Assembly: GCA_963707025.1 (NCBI GenBank)
Contig: CAVPOM010000003.1
Location: 32,001 to 96,000 of the forward strand
Direction: 5' to 3'
DNA: 64,000 nucleotides
Origin: an uncultured Verrucomicrobiae bacterium
Lineage (GTDB): Bacteria; Verrucomicrobiota; Verrucomicrobiia; Limisphaerales; Palsa-1400
The notes beneath the pieces are model-generated. The model searched no databases, had not been told where the DNA came from, and saw only the letters and a list, made by a program, of their open reading frames with translations. Position 1 is the first letter of the stretch, and each line of letters opens with the position of its first letter. Positions 9,795 to 19,674 of the stretch are shown here, piece after piece. The position numbers and the translations under genes were made by a program.

Positions 9795-10439
9795 TTATCC
9801 GGGCGGCAGGGCGCGGGACTGGTGCATGCGCTCGGCGGCGATGATGCATTCCATGCGGCGCAGGTCCTCGGCGATGGTGGTGCTGAGGATGAGGTATTGG
9901 AAGTTCCGCCACCGGGCAATCTCCGTGCGGGCCACGCTAAGGCGCTGCTCCAGGACGGCCCCGGTGTCGGTGGCTCTTTTGCGCAGCCGCCCTTCCAGTT
10001 CGGCCAACGAGGCGGGGGTGAGAAAGACGGTGACCAGGGCGCGCGACAAGTCGTTGTTGTTGACGGCAGTGGAGCAAATGCTGGCGGCGCCCTGCACATC
10101 AATGTTGAGGAGGACATCGCGGCCCTGGCCAAGGCGTTCCAGGACCTCGGGTTTTGGGGTGCCGTAGGATTGGCCATAGACGCTGGCGTGCTCCAAAAAG
10201 CCGCCCTCCGCCACGCGCCGGGCAAAGGCGGCGGGATCGAGAAAATAATAGTCCACGCCGTCGCGCTCGCCCGGGCGCGGGGGGCGGGTGGTGCAGGTGA
10301 TGGCGCGGGTCATTTCCGGATGGATGGCCAGAAGCTGCTGGCACAAGGTGGTTTTTCCGCCGCCGGAGGGGGCGGAGATCAGGATCAACAGGGGCGCCGC
10401 CGGATTGCGGGGGACGGAGGCTGGCGGGGGCTGGATCAT
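9795..10439 (-). CDS. gmk: Guanylate kinase
   Basis: SAPSGGGKTT, TTRPPRPGERDGVDYYF, YGTP, IDVQGA. Confidence 0.96.
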   Translation of the reverse strand: MIQPPPASVPRNPAAPLLILISAPSGGGKTTLCQQLLAIHPEMTRAITCTTRPPRPGERDGVDYYFLDPAAFARRVAEGGFLEHASVYGQSYGTPKPEVLERLGQGRDVLLNIDVQGAASICSTAVNNNDLSRALVTVFLTPASLAELEGRLRKRATDTGAVLEQRLSVARTEIARWRNFQYLILSTTIAEDLRRMECIIAAERMHQSRALPPG

Positions 10440-11314
10440 TCGACGTTTTGGACTTGCTCGCGGAATTTTTCCAGTTCGGCTTTGAGCCGGACGACTTCGC
10501 GGGAAATGAGGGCGTTGTTGGCCTTGGAACCGAGGGTGTTGATTTCGCGGTTGATTTCCTGGGAGAGAAAATCGAGGGTGCGGCCGACCGGTTCGGCGGA
10601 TTTGAGGCAGTCGTCGAACTGCTGGAAATGGCTTTGCAGGCGGGTCAATTCTTCGGTCACGTCGGAGCGGTCGGCGAAATAGAAGACTTCCTTGAGCAGG
10701 CGCTCCTCATCGAGTCCCGGGGTGGGCAGGCCGGCGCCCTGGATGCGTTGCAGCAATTGGGCGCGATAGTGTTGGACGGCGCCCGGGACGAGGCGTTGGA
10801 CACGGGCCACGCCGCGGCGCATTTGGGTCACGCGGCGTTTCAAATCCCTGGCCAGGAAGGCGCCTTCGCGCTGGCGCATTTGCAGCATCATGTCCAGGGC
10901 GGCGTTGAGGGCGCCGGAGGTCGCGGGCCAAAGCTCCTCCGCCTCGGAGATTTCCCGGGCCGGTTGCACCACGCCGGGAAGGCGGGCCAGCAAATCCAGG
11001 GTGATGTGATCGGGCAGGCCAAGGTCCTTGCCCAGGCGGCGGAGGTCGCGGGCGTAAGACCGGGCCAGGGGCAGGTCCACGCCCGTTTTGCCGGCCAGGC
11101 CGGGAGCGCTCTGCACGGCGAGGCGGACCGAGACGCGCCCGCGGGAAACGCGGCGGTTGATTTCCTCGCGGATTTGGGCTTCCAGGACTTCCAGGTCGCG
11201 GGGGAGGTTGACGGCGACTTCGGTTTGCTTGCGGTTGACGGAGCTGACCTCGACGGTGATTTTAAGGCCGCGCCGGGCGCCTTCGCCCCGCCCATAGCCG
11301 GTCATGGATTTCAT
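10436..11314 (-). CDS. yicC: YicC/YloC family endoribonuclease
   Basis: MKSMTGYG start; DVTEELTRL, GRTLDFLSQEINREINT, EKFREQVQNVE; upstream of gmk. Confidence 0.93.
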   Translation of the reverse strand: MKSMTGYGRGEGARRGLKITVEVSSVNRKQTEVAVNLPRDLEVLEAQIREEINRRVSRGRVSVRLAVQSAPGLAGKTGVDLPLARSYARDLRRLGKDLGLPDHITLDLLARLPGVVQPAREISEAEELWPATSGALNAALDMMLQMRQREGAFLARDLKRRVTQMRRGVARVQRLVPGAVQHYRAQLLQRIQGAGLPTPGLDEERLLKEVFYFADRSDVTEELTRLQSHFQQFDDCLKSAEPVGRTLDFLSQEINREINTLGSKANNALISREVVRLKAELEKFREQVQNVE

Positions 11315-11331
11315 GGCAAAGGAGCGGAAGG

Positions 11332-12606
11332 TCAACGTTTGACGAAGGCGGGGAGGTAGATGTTGAAGCGGGTGCCTTCGCCTGGATTGGACTGGATGTA
11401 CAAACAGCCGCGGGCCTCTTTGAGGAGGCGCTGGACGATCGCCAAGCCCAGGCCGGTGCCCTTGCCCGGCGGTTTGGTGGTGAAGTAGGGCTTGAAGAGT
11501 TTGCTCATGACTTCCGGGGGAATGCCCGGGCCGTCATCCCAGACGGAAACGTGCAGAATGGGGGCGGTGTTTTTGAAACCCTCGCTGTTCAGCGCCCGTT
11601 CATGGGGGCCTTCGTGGAATTGGGCGGCGTCCACGGGGGCGTGCAGGACTTTGCAGACGATGTCCACGGCGTGGGGCGAGGGAGTGCTTTGCAGGGCGTT
11701 GATGGCGAGGTTGAGGAGGATTTGGATGAAGTCGGTGCCGTTGATCTGGAGTTCGACGTTCTCGGCCACCGCCTGGATCTTCAAGCGGTTGCTGCCCTTG
11801 CTGGGATGGACGTTGAGCAATTCGCGCAAGTCGTCCAAAATCTGGTTGACGCTGACCCAGGAGGCGGTGCTGCCCTGCTGGCGCATGAAATTGAGGTAGC
11901 GATGGGAGATGTCAATGCAGTTGCTGACCTGGCGGGTGATGCGGCGCAGACGGTCCTTGACCATTTCCAGGTCTTCGCCTTCGAGTTGATGGGACTCGCC
12001 GACGCGCTGGTTGATGATCTGGATGAAGCCGGAGATAATGGTGAGGGGGCCGTTGATGTCGTGGATGATGCTGGCGTAGATTTCGCCGCGGGTGCGGGCG
12101 ATTTCCTCCTGCAGTTTCTGATTGTGCAGTTCGGACTGGAGGCCCTGGAGTTTTTCGTTGTTGCTGTGGATTTCGTCGGTGAGGGAGTGGCGCTCCATGG
12201 CGGTGGCGACGGCCTTGCGGATGGTGGCGATATCGAAGGGTTTGTTGAGATAATCGCAGGCCCCCAGGCGGAGGGCGCGGCGAATGGTGTCCACCGTCTC
12301 GTAAGCGGTCAGCATGATGACTTCGATGGAGGGCTGGATGGCCTTGAGCTTTTCCAGGACTTCCGTGCCGGTCATGCCGGTCATGCGGATGTCCACGACG
12401 GCGGCGTTGATTTTATGCTGTTTGGCCAGTTCGAGGGCGCGGGCGCCGTCGGGGGCAATGAGCAAATTATAATCTTCCTTGAAAACGACGCGCAGGGATT
12501 GCCGCGGCCCTTCTTCGTCGTCCACGATGAGGAGGGTGGGGCGCGGCCGTTCTGGCAAGGGGCCGCCGGGATCAGAAATGCCAGGCGATGTTGAAGGAGA
12601 GAGCAT
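11332..12606 (-). CDS. Cytoplasmic hybrid kinase, REC-HisKA-HATPase (start uncertain; alternative TTG at 12558)
   Basis: LLIVDDE, DIRM, YLNKPF; H-box IIHDINGPL; N-box NLAINA; DDGPGI, FTTK, GTGLGL. Confidence 0.92.
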   Translation of the reverse strand: MLSPSTSPGISDPGGPLPERPRPTLLIVDDEEGPRQSLRVVFKEDYNLLIAPDGARALELAKQHKINAAVVDIRMTGMTGTEVLEKLKAIQPSIEVIMLTAYETVDTIRRALRLGACDYLNKPFDIATIRKAVATAMERHSLTDEIHSNNEKLQGLQSELHNQKLQEEIARTRGEIYASIIHDINGPLTIISGFIQIINQRVGESHQLEGEDLEMVKDRLRRITRQVSNCIDISHRYLNFMRQQGSTASWVSVNQILDDLRELLNVHPSKGSNRLKIQAVAENVELQINGTDFIQILLNLAINALQSTPSPHAVDIVCKVLHAPVDAAQFHEGPHERALNSEGFKNTAPILHVSVWDDGPGIPPEVMSKLFKPYFTTKPPGKGTGLGLAIVQRLLKEARGCLYIQSNPGEGTRFNIYLPAFVKR

Positions 12607-13768
12607 TGCTGAAGAATTCATAGCTGCCGTTGTAAAAAGGGCTGGTGTCGCCGGAAATGGAACGGGAGGGGCCGATGCCCAGTTGGTAGGCGGCGTCCCA
12701 ACTGAGGTGGTGGCCGGCTTTGCCCAGGCCGACGCTGAACAAATGGCGGTCGGAATCGGGGATCAAGGCGTTGAAGAAGCTGTCGGGGCTGGAATTCTCG
12801 CTGTACATGTAGCCGGCGCTGGCACGCCAGCCGGCGCCAAAATAGCGGGTGGCCCCCAGTTCGTAAATGGTGCTGGGTTTCCAATTGAAAGCCAGTGTCC
12901 CGGCGGGGACGGGGCCGGTTTGGATGGGGGCGTTGCGCAGGCTGGACCAATCGGACCAATCGGCGTCCACTTCCAGATTCCATTTCGGGGTCGGGCGGAA
13001 GGAATAGCCTCCGGCCAGGGTTTGGGGCAAATGGAAGTTCAAGGCGGCCGCTTGCGATGGGAAGGGCAGGCCCATAAAACTAACATGGCCGTTGTAGTTC
13101 ATGTCGGTGGCACTGCGGTATGTCACACCGAAGGAATGCTCTGGCAATGGATGCCAAAGGATGGCCGCGTTAAAGCCGGCGTTGGTGTCGCGTCCATGCA
13201 GGGAAATGCCGGGGACGCTGGTTTTCAGTTCGGCCTGGGAATAATCGAGCAAGGCTCCAACGGCGATGGAAAAGGTGTCGCAAGGCTGCCAGGCCAGGAC
13301 GGGATTGGCCCGGATGTAGGTAATGGAGCCGTCCTGGCCGGCCGGGGACCACGGGGCTTTATTGGGCCATTCCATGGACAGGCCGTAAGGGGAATAAACG
13401 CCCAAGCCAGCGGCGAGATGATAATTGGTGAAACTCATGGTGGAAAAGGTCTGCGGCAGCGCGCCCCATTCCTGCTGGCTGTTGATGCCCGAACCGGCCG
13501 GGCTGGTGAAACGGGAGGCGTATTGGATGCCGTACATGCCCAGGGAAAAGTTGGCGCCATCCAACTGGGTGATGCCGGCCGGGTTGTAGTAGATGGCGGC
13601 GGGATCGTTGGCCGTGGCGGCGAAGGCATTGCCCCGCGCGGTGGCAAAGGCGTCCTGGTCCGGCAGGCGGATGCCCAGGGCCAACAGGGAGGCCGGATGG
13701 GCCAGGGCGCAAAGCAAACAGCAGACCAGGAGCGCGACGCCGAATTTGGGTCGTTTCGCGGTTTTCAA
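12572..13768 (-). CDS. OmpP1/FadL-family outer-membrane transporter
   Basis: Signal peptide, ATARGNAFAATANDPAAIYYNPAG, YSPYGL, IPDSDR, terminal Phe. Confidence 0.88.
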   Translation of the reverse strand: MKTAKRPKFGVALLVCCLLCALAHPASLLALGIRLPDQDAFATARGNAFAATANDPAAIYYNPAGITQLDGANFSLGMYGIQYASRFTSPAGSGINSQQEWGALPQTFSTMSFTNYHLAAGLGVYSPYGLSMEWPNKAPWSPAGQDGSITYIRANPVLAWQPCDTFSIAVGALLDYSQAELKTSVPGISLHGRDTNAGFNAAILWHPLPEHSFGVTYRSATDMNYNGHVSFMGLPFPSQAAALNFHLPQTLAGGYSFRPTPKWNLEVDADWSDWSSLRNAPIQTGPVPAGTLAFNWKPSTIYELGATRYFGAGWRASAGYMYSENSSPDSFFNALIPDSDRHLFSVGLGKAGHHLSWDAAYQLGIGPSRSISGDTSPFYNGSYEFFSNALSFNIAWHF

Positions 13769-13874
13769 GTTTTTGACTTTCTTGGGTTGACGGTTGACGC
13801 CAAGTAGTTGTGGCAAAGAACCGGTCTTTTCACAAGAATAAACTTGCCATAAGAATTTCTGCACAGGCCGGTTG

Positions 13875-13901
13875 GGATTAAGATTAGGATCAAGATTAAG
13901 A
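13875..13901. repeat. GATTA(A/G) hexamer tract
   Basis: GGATTAAGATTAGGATCAAGATTAAGA, just downstream of the stop codon at 13912. Confidence 0.8.
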
Positions 13902-13911
13902 AAATTATGGG

Positions 13912-14946
13912 TCAGCGGGACAGAAAGGCGTAAGCGGCGGGGGTGCGGGCGATTTTCATGAACTTCATGTTGTAGTGCTCGGGGGCGTCAATGTCGGCAA
14001 ACAGGCCGCTTTCCAGGACCCGGCGCAGATGGGCCACCTCAGCCCGGATGGAGCTGACGGGTTTGTAGCCCAGCACGCTGAGAATCTTTTTTGAGGAGAT
14101 GTGATAGTCGCGCTGGTCCAGGGTGTCGGTGATTTGGATGGCGACGTTGAGATCGGCCAGCTCGGCTTGGATGAGGCGGGCGATTTCAATGACTTTGTGG
14201 TTCTCGAATCCGAAATTGAAGGTGCGGCCGTTGACCAGCGCGGGGTCGGTCTCCACCAGCATTGCGTAAAGATTGATGACGTTGGCCATGCCCACGTTGG
14301 GCCGCCGCTGCTGGCCGCCGTGGACGGTGATGACGCGCTTGCGGATGGCGTCGGCGGTGAGTTTGTTGACGGTCAGATCAAAGCGCTGGCGCGGGGAATA
14401 GCCGCAGATGGTGGCCGGGCGGATGTTGACGGCGCAGAAATCGGGCGAGGCGGCGGCGGCCACGAGCCATTCGGCGAGCATTTTGTTTTTGGAATAGGAG
14501 GTCAGCGGCTCCGGCTCCAGTTGCTCGGTGACGTCGGCGGCGTCTTTGATGCCGAAGACGCTGCTGGAGGAGGCGTTGATGAAGCGGCGCACGCCGCAGG
14601 CGCGGGCCAGGGCCAGGAGCAGGCCCACGGCATCGAAGTTGACCTGGCGGGTGAGGATTTCGTCTATTTCGCCGGTGGGATCGTTGGAAATGGCGGCGAG
14701 GTGAATGACGGTGTCCACGCCGGCGAGGGCCTGGCGGACGGCGGCGGGATCGCGGATGTCGCCTTCCAGCAATTCGAAGCGCGAACTCCAGGCGGAAAAC
14801 TTGGGATTCTTCCTGAGCGCGTCCAGCCCGGCCGGAGTGTAAAGCATCAGGTCCAGCACGCGCACGCTGTGGCCCAGTTCCAGCAGGTGGGGCGTCAGGC
14901 GGCTGCCGACGTAACCAAATCCGCCGGTGACAAGAATTTTTTTCAT
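13912..14946 (-). CDS. NAD-dependent epimerase/dehydratase (extended SDR)
   Basis: TGGFGYVG, HLAAISNDP, YSKNK (YxxxK), RPATICG. Confidence 0.92.
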   Translation of the reverse strand: MKKILVTGGFGYVGSRLTPHLLELGHSVRVLDLMLYTPAGLDALRKNPKFSAWSSRFELLEGDIRDPAAVRQALAGVDTVIHLAAISNDPTGEIDEILTRQVNFDAVGLLLALARACGVRRFINASSSSVFGIKDAADVTEQLEPEPLTSYSKNKMLAEWLVAAAASPDFCAVNIRPATICGYSPRQRFDLTVNKLTADAIRKRVITVHGGQQRRPNVGMANVINLYAMLVETDPALVNGRTFNFGFENHKVIEIARLIQAELADLNVAIQITDTLDQRDYHISSKKILSVLGYKPVSSIRAEVAHLRRVLESGLFADIDAPEHYNMKFMKIARTPAAYAFLSR

Positions 14947-14948
14947 GG

Positions 14949-15951
14949 CTACGGTTTGTGAATGTAATCGCAGGGTTGTCTTTTCAGTTCTGCGAGATTT
15001 TTTTCGACCCAGGCGATGGTTTCGTCAATGCCCTGATCGAAGGTGACCTGGTCCTTCCAGCCCAGGACGGACCGGGCCTTGGCGCTGTCCAGAAGATAGG
15101 CGGCGTCCTTGCCCGGACGGTCGCCCACGATTTGGACAACTTGGGAGAAATCGGCGCCCAGGCGGCGGCAAATCCGTTCGACCAGGTTGCGGATGGAAAG
15201 AGAAAGGTCCGTGGAAATATGCCAGGCTTCCCCGGGCGGAGACTGGCGGGCGGCGCGCCAGGTGGCTTTCGGCGACGTCGCGGGCATGGATGAAGCAGCG
15301 CACGGAACGGCCGCCGCCGTGGAGTTGCAGGACGCGGCCGGTTTTGACGAAGAAAACGGTGCGGGGCACGATGCGATAGAGTTGCTGGCCCGGCCCATAG
15401 ACGTTGGCGGCGCGGGTGAAGACGACAGGGAAATGATAATTTTTGAAGAAAGTCATGAGGTGGAGATCACAGGCGGCGCGGGAGGCGGCGTAAGGGGTGC
15501 TGGGATTAAAGGGGGCGTTTTCGGTCACGTTGCCCGTGCAGCTTCCATAGACTTCCGGGGTGGAGATGTGGACGTATTTTTTGAGGAAAGGGAAATGGCG
15601 GAGCTTTTCGTGGAGGCGGACGTTGGCGACGACATTGGTGTTGTACCATTGGTCGGGGTAAAGCCAGCTTTCGGCGACCATGCTTTGGGCGGCGAAGTTG
15701 ACAACGCAGGCCGGTTGGAAATCCGCGATGGCCTGGGCGATGCGGTCGGTGTCGTGGTTGAGGTCCAGTTGGGCGAAATGGAAGCGGCCGGTGGCCGGGG
15801 CGGGGCGGGTCCATTTGTAGGGGAGGAAGGCGGGGGCAGGCTCGGGCGAGCGGCTGCAGGCCATGACCTCGCAACCCAGCGAGAGGAGGTAATCCACAAA
15901 GGTCGCCCCGGTGAAGGAGTTGCTGCCTATGACATAGACTTTTTCGCTCAT
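14949..15951 (-). CDS. NDP-sugar 4,6-dehydratase-like SDR, with a +1 frameshift at about 15268
   Basis: GSNSFTG, NFAAQS, ISTPEVYG, YAASR; removing one T of TTT 15267-15269 restores DVAEATWRAAR and the C-terminus. Confidence 0.85.
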
Positions 15952-16021
15952 GTTTGAGCCGGGCATGGTTTCATGTTTGAGCCGGGTTTGCCAATGTTTT
16001 TTGGCGGTGTGGAAGGAAATT

Positions 16022-16160
16022 GGGCGCAACTTGACGCTGCTGCCGGGCTTAGCCGCAAAAATGCCGCCCGTCCCCGGGCGCAGCACCGTCCGGACTTCCG
16101 CCGCGCCCGACAAATCCCGAAGCCGCCGTGTTTGTGCCTGATGCTGCGCCCGAGGACGGG
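16022..16160. repeat. REP family A element, left part (right part 18064-18083), interrupted by IS
   Basis: Reverse complement of the intact 48204-48313 copy. Confidence 0.85.
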
Positions 16161-16169
16161 GAATGGCGC

Positions 16170-16517
16170 TTAAATAAGACCTAAAACTTTCTTACCCAGC
16201 CTCTTACGACGCGGGGGATGCGGGATGGTTTCAAACAAGACCTGACGGCTCAAGCGTTGCATGGCTTTGATGGTGGCTTGCACCTCCCGCCACTCGGCAA
16301 TGGCGTCATGGAGCCACTCATATTGTTCTTTGGAGAGAGCGACACTGACCGTTTTGCCTTTGACCTTGCGGGTCCACTGATAACAAGGGCCGCCTGCTCC
16401 GGGGCCGCGGTCTTGCACGTAGCCCTCGCTGATCCAGCCGGTTCTGGCCAGCCGGTCGCGTAATTGGGCGTATTGGGCCTGCCATTGGGCTGGCCGGGTT
16501 GTTTTGTGAGTCGGCAT
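16170..16517 (-). CDS. IS passenger protein, DUF6788-like
   Basis: GPCYQWTRKVKGKTVSVALS motif; stop codon lies inside the left IR. Confidence 0.75.
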   Translation of the reverse strand: MPTHKTTRPAQWQAQYAQLRDRLARTGWISEGYVQDRGPGAGGPCYQWTRKVKGKTVSVALSKEQYEWLHDAIAEWREVQATIKAMQRLSRQVLFETIPHPPRRKRLGKKVLGLI

Positions 16518-16542
16518 AAAGAAAAGAGTAGCAGACGTGTCA

Positions 16543-16568
16543 ATAAGGCGGTATATATACCGCCTTAT
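16543..16568. promoter_or_regulatory. Perfect 26-bp palindrome between the divergent IS genes
   Basis: ATAAGGCGGTATATATACCGCCTTAT. Confidence 0.7.
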
Positions 16569-18054
16569 GCCCGACACCCCCTTCTTCCCGGCCTGGCGGC
16601 CCCGTCTGGCGGCGGCGGGCCGCCGCTGTGCCCACAGCCTGGCGCGCCTCCGTCACGCCACCTTGAGTCAGATCGAGGACCGCCTGGCTCCCGCCTTGCC
16701 CACCGACCTCCTGCGAAAACCGGCCGCCGGCGACTACTCCCGCGAGCAGGTTTACACTCTGGTTCGCACCTGGTGGTGCTGGGTCTGGCCAGTCTTCCAA
16801 GCCAACACTTCCTGCCGCCACGTCGTCCTTCAGGTGCAGGCCCTGCTGGCCTTGGTCCAAGGCCCGGAACCGGAGCCGGACAGCAGCGCCTATTGCCAGG
16901 CCCGCGCCAAACTCCCCCTGGCCTTGCTGGAGCAAGCCTTCGCGGCCAGCGCCGACAGCGCCGAAAAGCGCGCCCCGGCCAGTACGCTGCTACAGGGCCG
17001 CCCGTTGAAAGCGGTCGATGGCAGCGGCACCCACCTGCCCGACACCCCGGCCAATCGGGCGGCCTTTCCCCCCAGCCAAAGCCTGCAGCCCGGCGGCGGC
17101 TTTCCCCACCTGCGCGTGGTGGCTCTGTTCTCCGCCGCCAGCGGCGCCCTTTTGGCCAAAGCCACCGGCAGCCTGCGCTCCTCCGAACTGGCTCTGTTTC
17201 TCCACGGCTTGCGCTCGGCTTTGCACCCCGGCGACATCCTCTTGGGCGACCGCGCCTATGGGGTTTATATTATCGCCGCCGTCCTCCAACTCCTGGGCGT
17301 GGATTTGCTCGCGCGGGTCTCCGTGCGCAACCGCAAGGTGGATTTCCGCCAGGCCCGCCAACGCCTGGGTCACTGGGACGCGCTCTTTACCTGGTCCAAA
17401 CCCGGCCGGCCTTCGCCCCTGCTTTCGTTCCTGGAATGGCTCGGACTGCCGCCGCAGATCACGGTGCGGGTGCTGCGCGCGCGCCTGAGCCGGGCCGGCT
17501 TCCGCACCCGCCACCTGACCCTGGTCACGACCCTGTTGGATGCGGCGCTTTTTCCAGCGGAGGAACTGGCGGCCGCTTATGCCCGGCGCTGGCGCATGGA
17601 ACTGTGCCTGGACGATCTCAAAACCACCCTGGGCATGCAGAGCCTGCATTGCCTCTGTCCCCGCATGGTGGAGAAAGAACTCCTGCTCTTCCTCACCGCC
17701 CATAATTTCCTGCGCTGGATCATGGCCGAAGCCGCGCAAAGCCAGAACGTGGACTTGGATCGGATCAGTTTCAAAGGCAGCCTGGACGCCTTCCGGCAAT
17801 GGACGCAGGCACTGGCACAACTCGGACACGCCCGGAACAAAGGGGGACGGCGCCGCCAATTATGGCAGCGGCTGCTCCGAAGGCTGGCGACCGATCTGGT
17901 GCCCAGGCGTCCGGGAAGAGCGGAGCCGCGCGCTGTCAAGAAACGATCCAAATACCCCCATTTGAACAAATCGCGGCATCAATACCGCCAGCCCTGGAGC
18001 CGCAATAAACGCCGCCGTCTGGCCCGGGCCAAAAGAAAGGCTTCCCTTATTTAA
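16567..18054 (+). CDS. IS4-family DDE transposase
   Basis: SAYCQAR, KAVDGS, LLGDRAY, YARRWRMEL..DLK; stop codon inside the right IR. Confidence 0.93.
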   Translation: MPDTPFFPAWRPRLAAAGRRCAHSLARLRHATLSQIEDRLAPALPTDLLRKPAAGDYSREQVYTLVRTWWCWVWPVFQANTSCRHVVLQVQALLALVQGPEPEPDSSAYCQARAKLPLALLEQAFAASADSAEKRAPASTLLQGRPLKAVDGSGTHLPDTPANRAAFPPSQSLQPGGGFPHLRVVALFSAASGALLAKATGSLRSSELALFLHGLRSALHPGDILLGDRAYGVYIIAAVLQLLGVDLLARVSVRNRKVDFRQARQRLGHWDALFTWSKPGRPSPLLSFLEWLGLPPQITVRVLRARLSRAGFRTRHLTLVTTLLDAALFPAEELAAAYARRWRMELCLDDLKTTLGMQSLHCLCPRMVEKELLLFLTAHNFLRWIMAEAAQSQNVDLDRISFKGSLDAFRQWTQALAQLGHARNKGGRRRQLWQRLLRRLATDLVPRRPGRAEPRAVKKRSKYPHLNKSRHQYRQPWSRNKRRRLARAKRKASLI

Positions 18055-18386
18055 GCGCCATTCCCCGAGAACGGGCGCACTCCTTCGCTGACGCGTTACA
18101 GATCCGGTTTGATTTTTTGCGCCTTTTGCGCCTTCTCGCGGCTGTTTCGTTGGCTCCATTTTTAATGGGAGTGCAATTTCAGGCAAGGAAATGGCAATTG
18201 CTGGTGAGTGCTCTCGCCAACTGATTGCTATATTCAACAAGTTATGCCTGCGATTCCATCAGAGGAGGCATTTAAGGCTGCTGCGACGTGTGCGGTCCGC
18301 AAGGAGAACGGGCTTGGGAAAGCTAATTCGGGCTGTTCCCAAAATCTGGTTCGGGAACTCAAACTGGCCGACAAATTCACTGCGAT

Positions 18387-19574
18387 ATGAAAAAAGCATG
18401 CGTCATACTTTTAGGTTTGCTGATTTTGGTTGCGCCGGTCCCCGTGCAAGCTCAAGCCTTCAATTACGGCGCACTCCGTTGCGAAACAAATGCCGACGGC
18501 ATTTCCATCACCATCATCGATTACCTCAACTCCGGGCTTGCCACCCCTGTATCCATTCCAGCCACCATCAACACCCTGCCCGTCACGATGATCGGCGATG
18601 ATGCGTTTGGCTACTGCTCCTTGACGAGCGTCACAATTCCCTTCGGCGTCACCAACATCGGGGATTTTGCCTTCGAGTCATGCAACCGCCTGACAAACGC
18701 CACGATTCCCGGCAGCGTCACCAACATCGGATTCGGTGCATTCTGTTTCACCGGACTGAAGAGCGTTACGATTAGCAACGGCGTAACCAGCATTGAGTCA
18801 ACTGCTTTCGAGTTCTGCACGAGCCTTCGGAATGTCACGATTTCCGCCAGCGTCACCAACATCGGATTCGGCGCGTTTGAGGGATGCAACATTTTACAAG
18901 CGATCACGGTGGATGCAGCAAATTTGTTTTACAGCAGCTTGAATGGAGTGTTATTCGACGAGAGCCAAACCGCCCTCATACAAGCTCCGGGCGGCCTGGG
19001 CGGGAGTTACACGATTCCTGGCAGCGTGACCAGCATCGGAGGCGCGGCATTCGCGGGTTGCTCCAGACTGACTAATGCCACGATCCCCGGCACGGTGACC
19101 AGCATCGGGGCGAATGCATTCGGTGGGACCGGGCTGACCAACGTGACGATTCCCGGCAGCGTCACCAACATCGGGGATTCTGCGTTCATTTCCTCCACCA
19201 ACCTGACCAGCATCTATTTCACCGGCAACGCTCCCGCCTATGGTTCGTCTGTTTTCGGTTCGGACAACAGGGCAACAGCCTATTATTTGCCTGGCACCAC
19301 CGGTTGGAGTAGCACATTTGCCGGTCTTCCAGCCGTGTTGTGGAACCCGCTGATTCAAACCGGAGACGGCAGTTTTGGCGTTAGCAACAACCAGTTTGGG
19401 TTTAATATCACTGGCACGGCCAACATCCCCGTCGTGGTGGAAGCTTGCACCAATCTGGCCTGCCCTGTTTGGACTCCGCTGCAAAGCTTCACGCTGACCA
19501 ATGGTTTGGTTTATTTTAGCGAACCGGTGCAGGGGAATGGGGGCGGGCGCTTTTACCGCATTGGGTCGCAATGA
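18387..19574 (+). CDS. Secreted BspA-type leucine-rich repeat protein with C-terminal RFYR domain
   Basis: Signal peptide; repeats L.SVTIP.SVT.IG..AF..C; ends GGRFYRIGSQ. Confidence 0.9.
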   Translation: MKKACVILLGLLILVAPVPVQAQAFNYGALRCETNADGISITIIDYLNSGLATPVSIPATINTLPVTMIGDDAFGYCSLTSVTIPFGVTNIGDFAFESCNRLTNATIPGSVTNIGFGAFCFTGLKSVTISNGVTSIESTAFEFCTSLRNVTISASVTNIGFGAFEGCNILQAITVDAANLFYSSLNGVLFDESQTALIQAPGGLGGSYTIPGSVTSIGGAAFAGCSRLTNATIPGTVTSIGANAFGGTGLTNVTIPGSVTNIGDSAFISSTNLTSIYFTGNAPAYGSSVFGSDNRATAYYLPGTTGWSSTFAGLPAVLWNPLIQTGDGSFGVSNNQFGFNITGTANIPVVVEACTNLACPVWTPLQSFTLTNGLVYFSEPVQGNGGGRFYRIGSQ

Positions 19575-19639
19575 GGGGGCAGCGGGCCGGATGGGGCAAG
19601 ACGGGAAAAGTTTCAGGGAGGCCGGCGAATAATTTCAGC

Positions 19640-19666
19640 TTGCAATGTGCGCCTCTGAGGCACACA
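19640..19666 (+). promoter_or_regulatory. Putative autoregulatory operator/promoter of the antitoxin
   Basis: TTGCAA followed by near-perfect palindrome TGTGCGCCTCTGAGGCACACA. Confidence 0.55.
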
Positions 19667-19674
19667 TTGATTCC

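Larger units (their letters stand above)
16161..18063. mobile_element. IS4-family element, 1903 bp, with two divergent ORFs
   Basis: Perfect 18-bp IR GAATGGCGCTTAAATAAG; 12-bp TSD CCCGAGGACGGG / CCCGAGAACGGG (1 mismatch). Confidence 0.95.

Noticed and set aside
18600..19210. Nucleotide repeats such as AGCGTCACCAACATCGG as a DGR or array
   Set aside because: Fully explained by LRR coding repeats; no reverse transcriptase present
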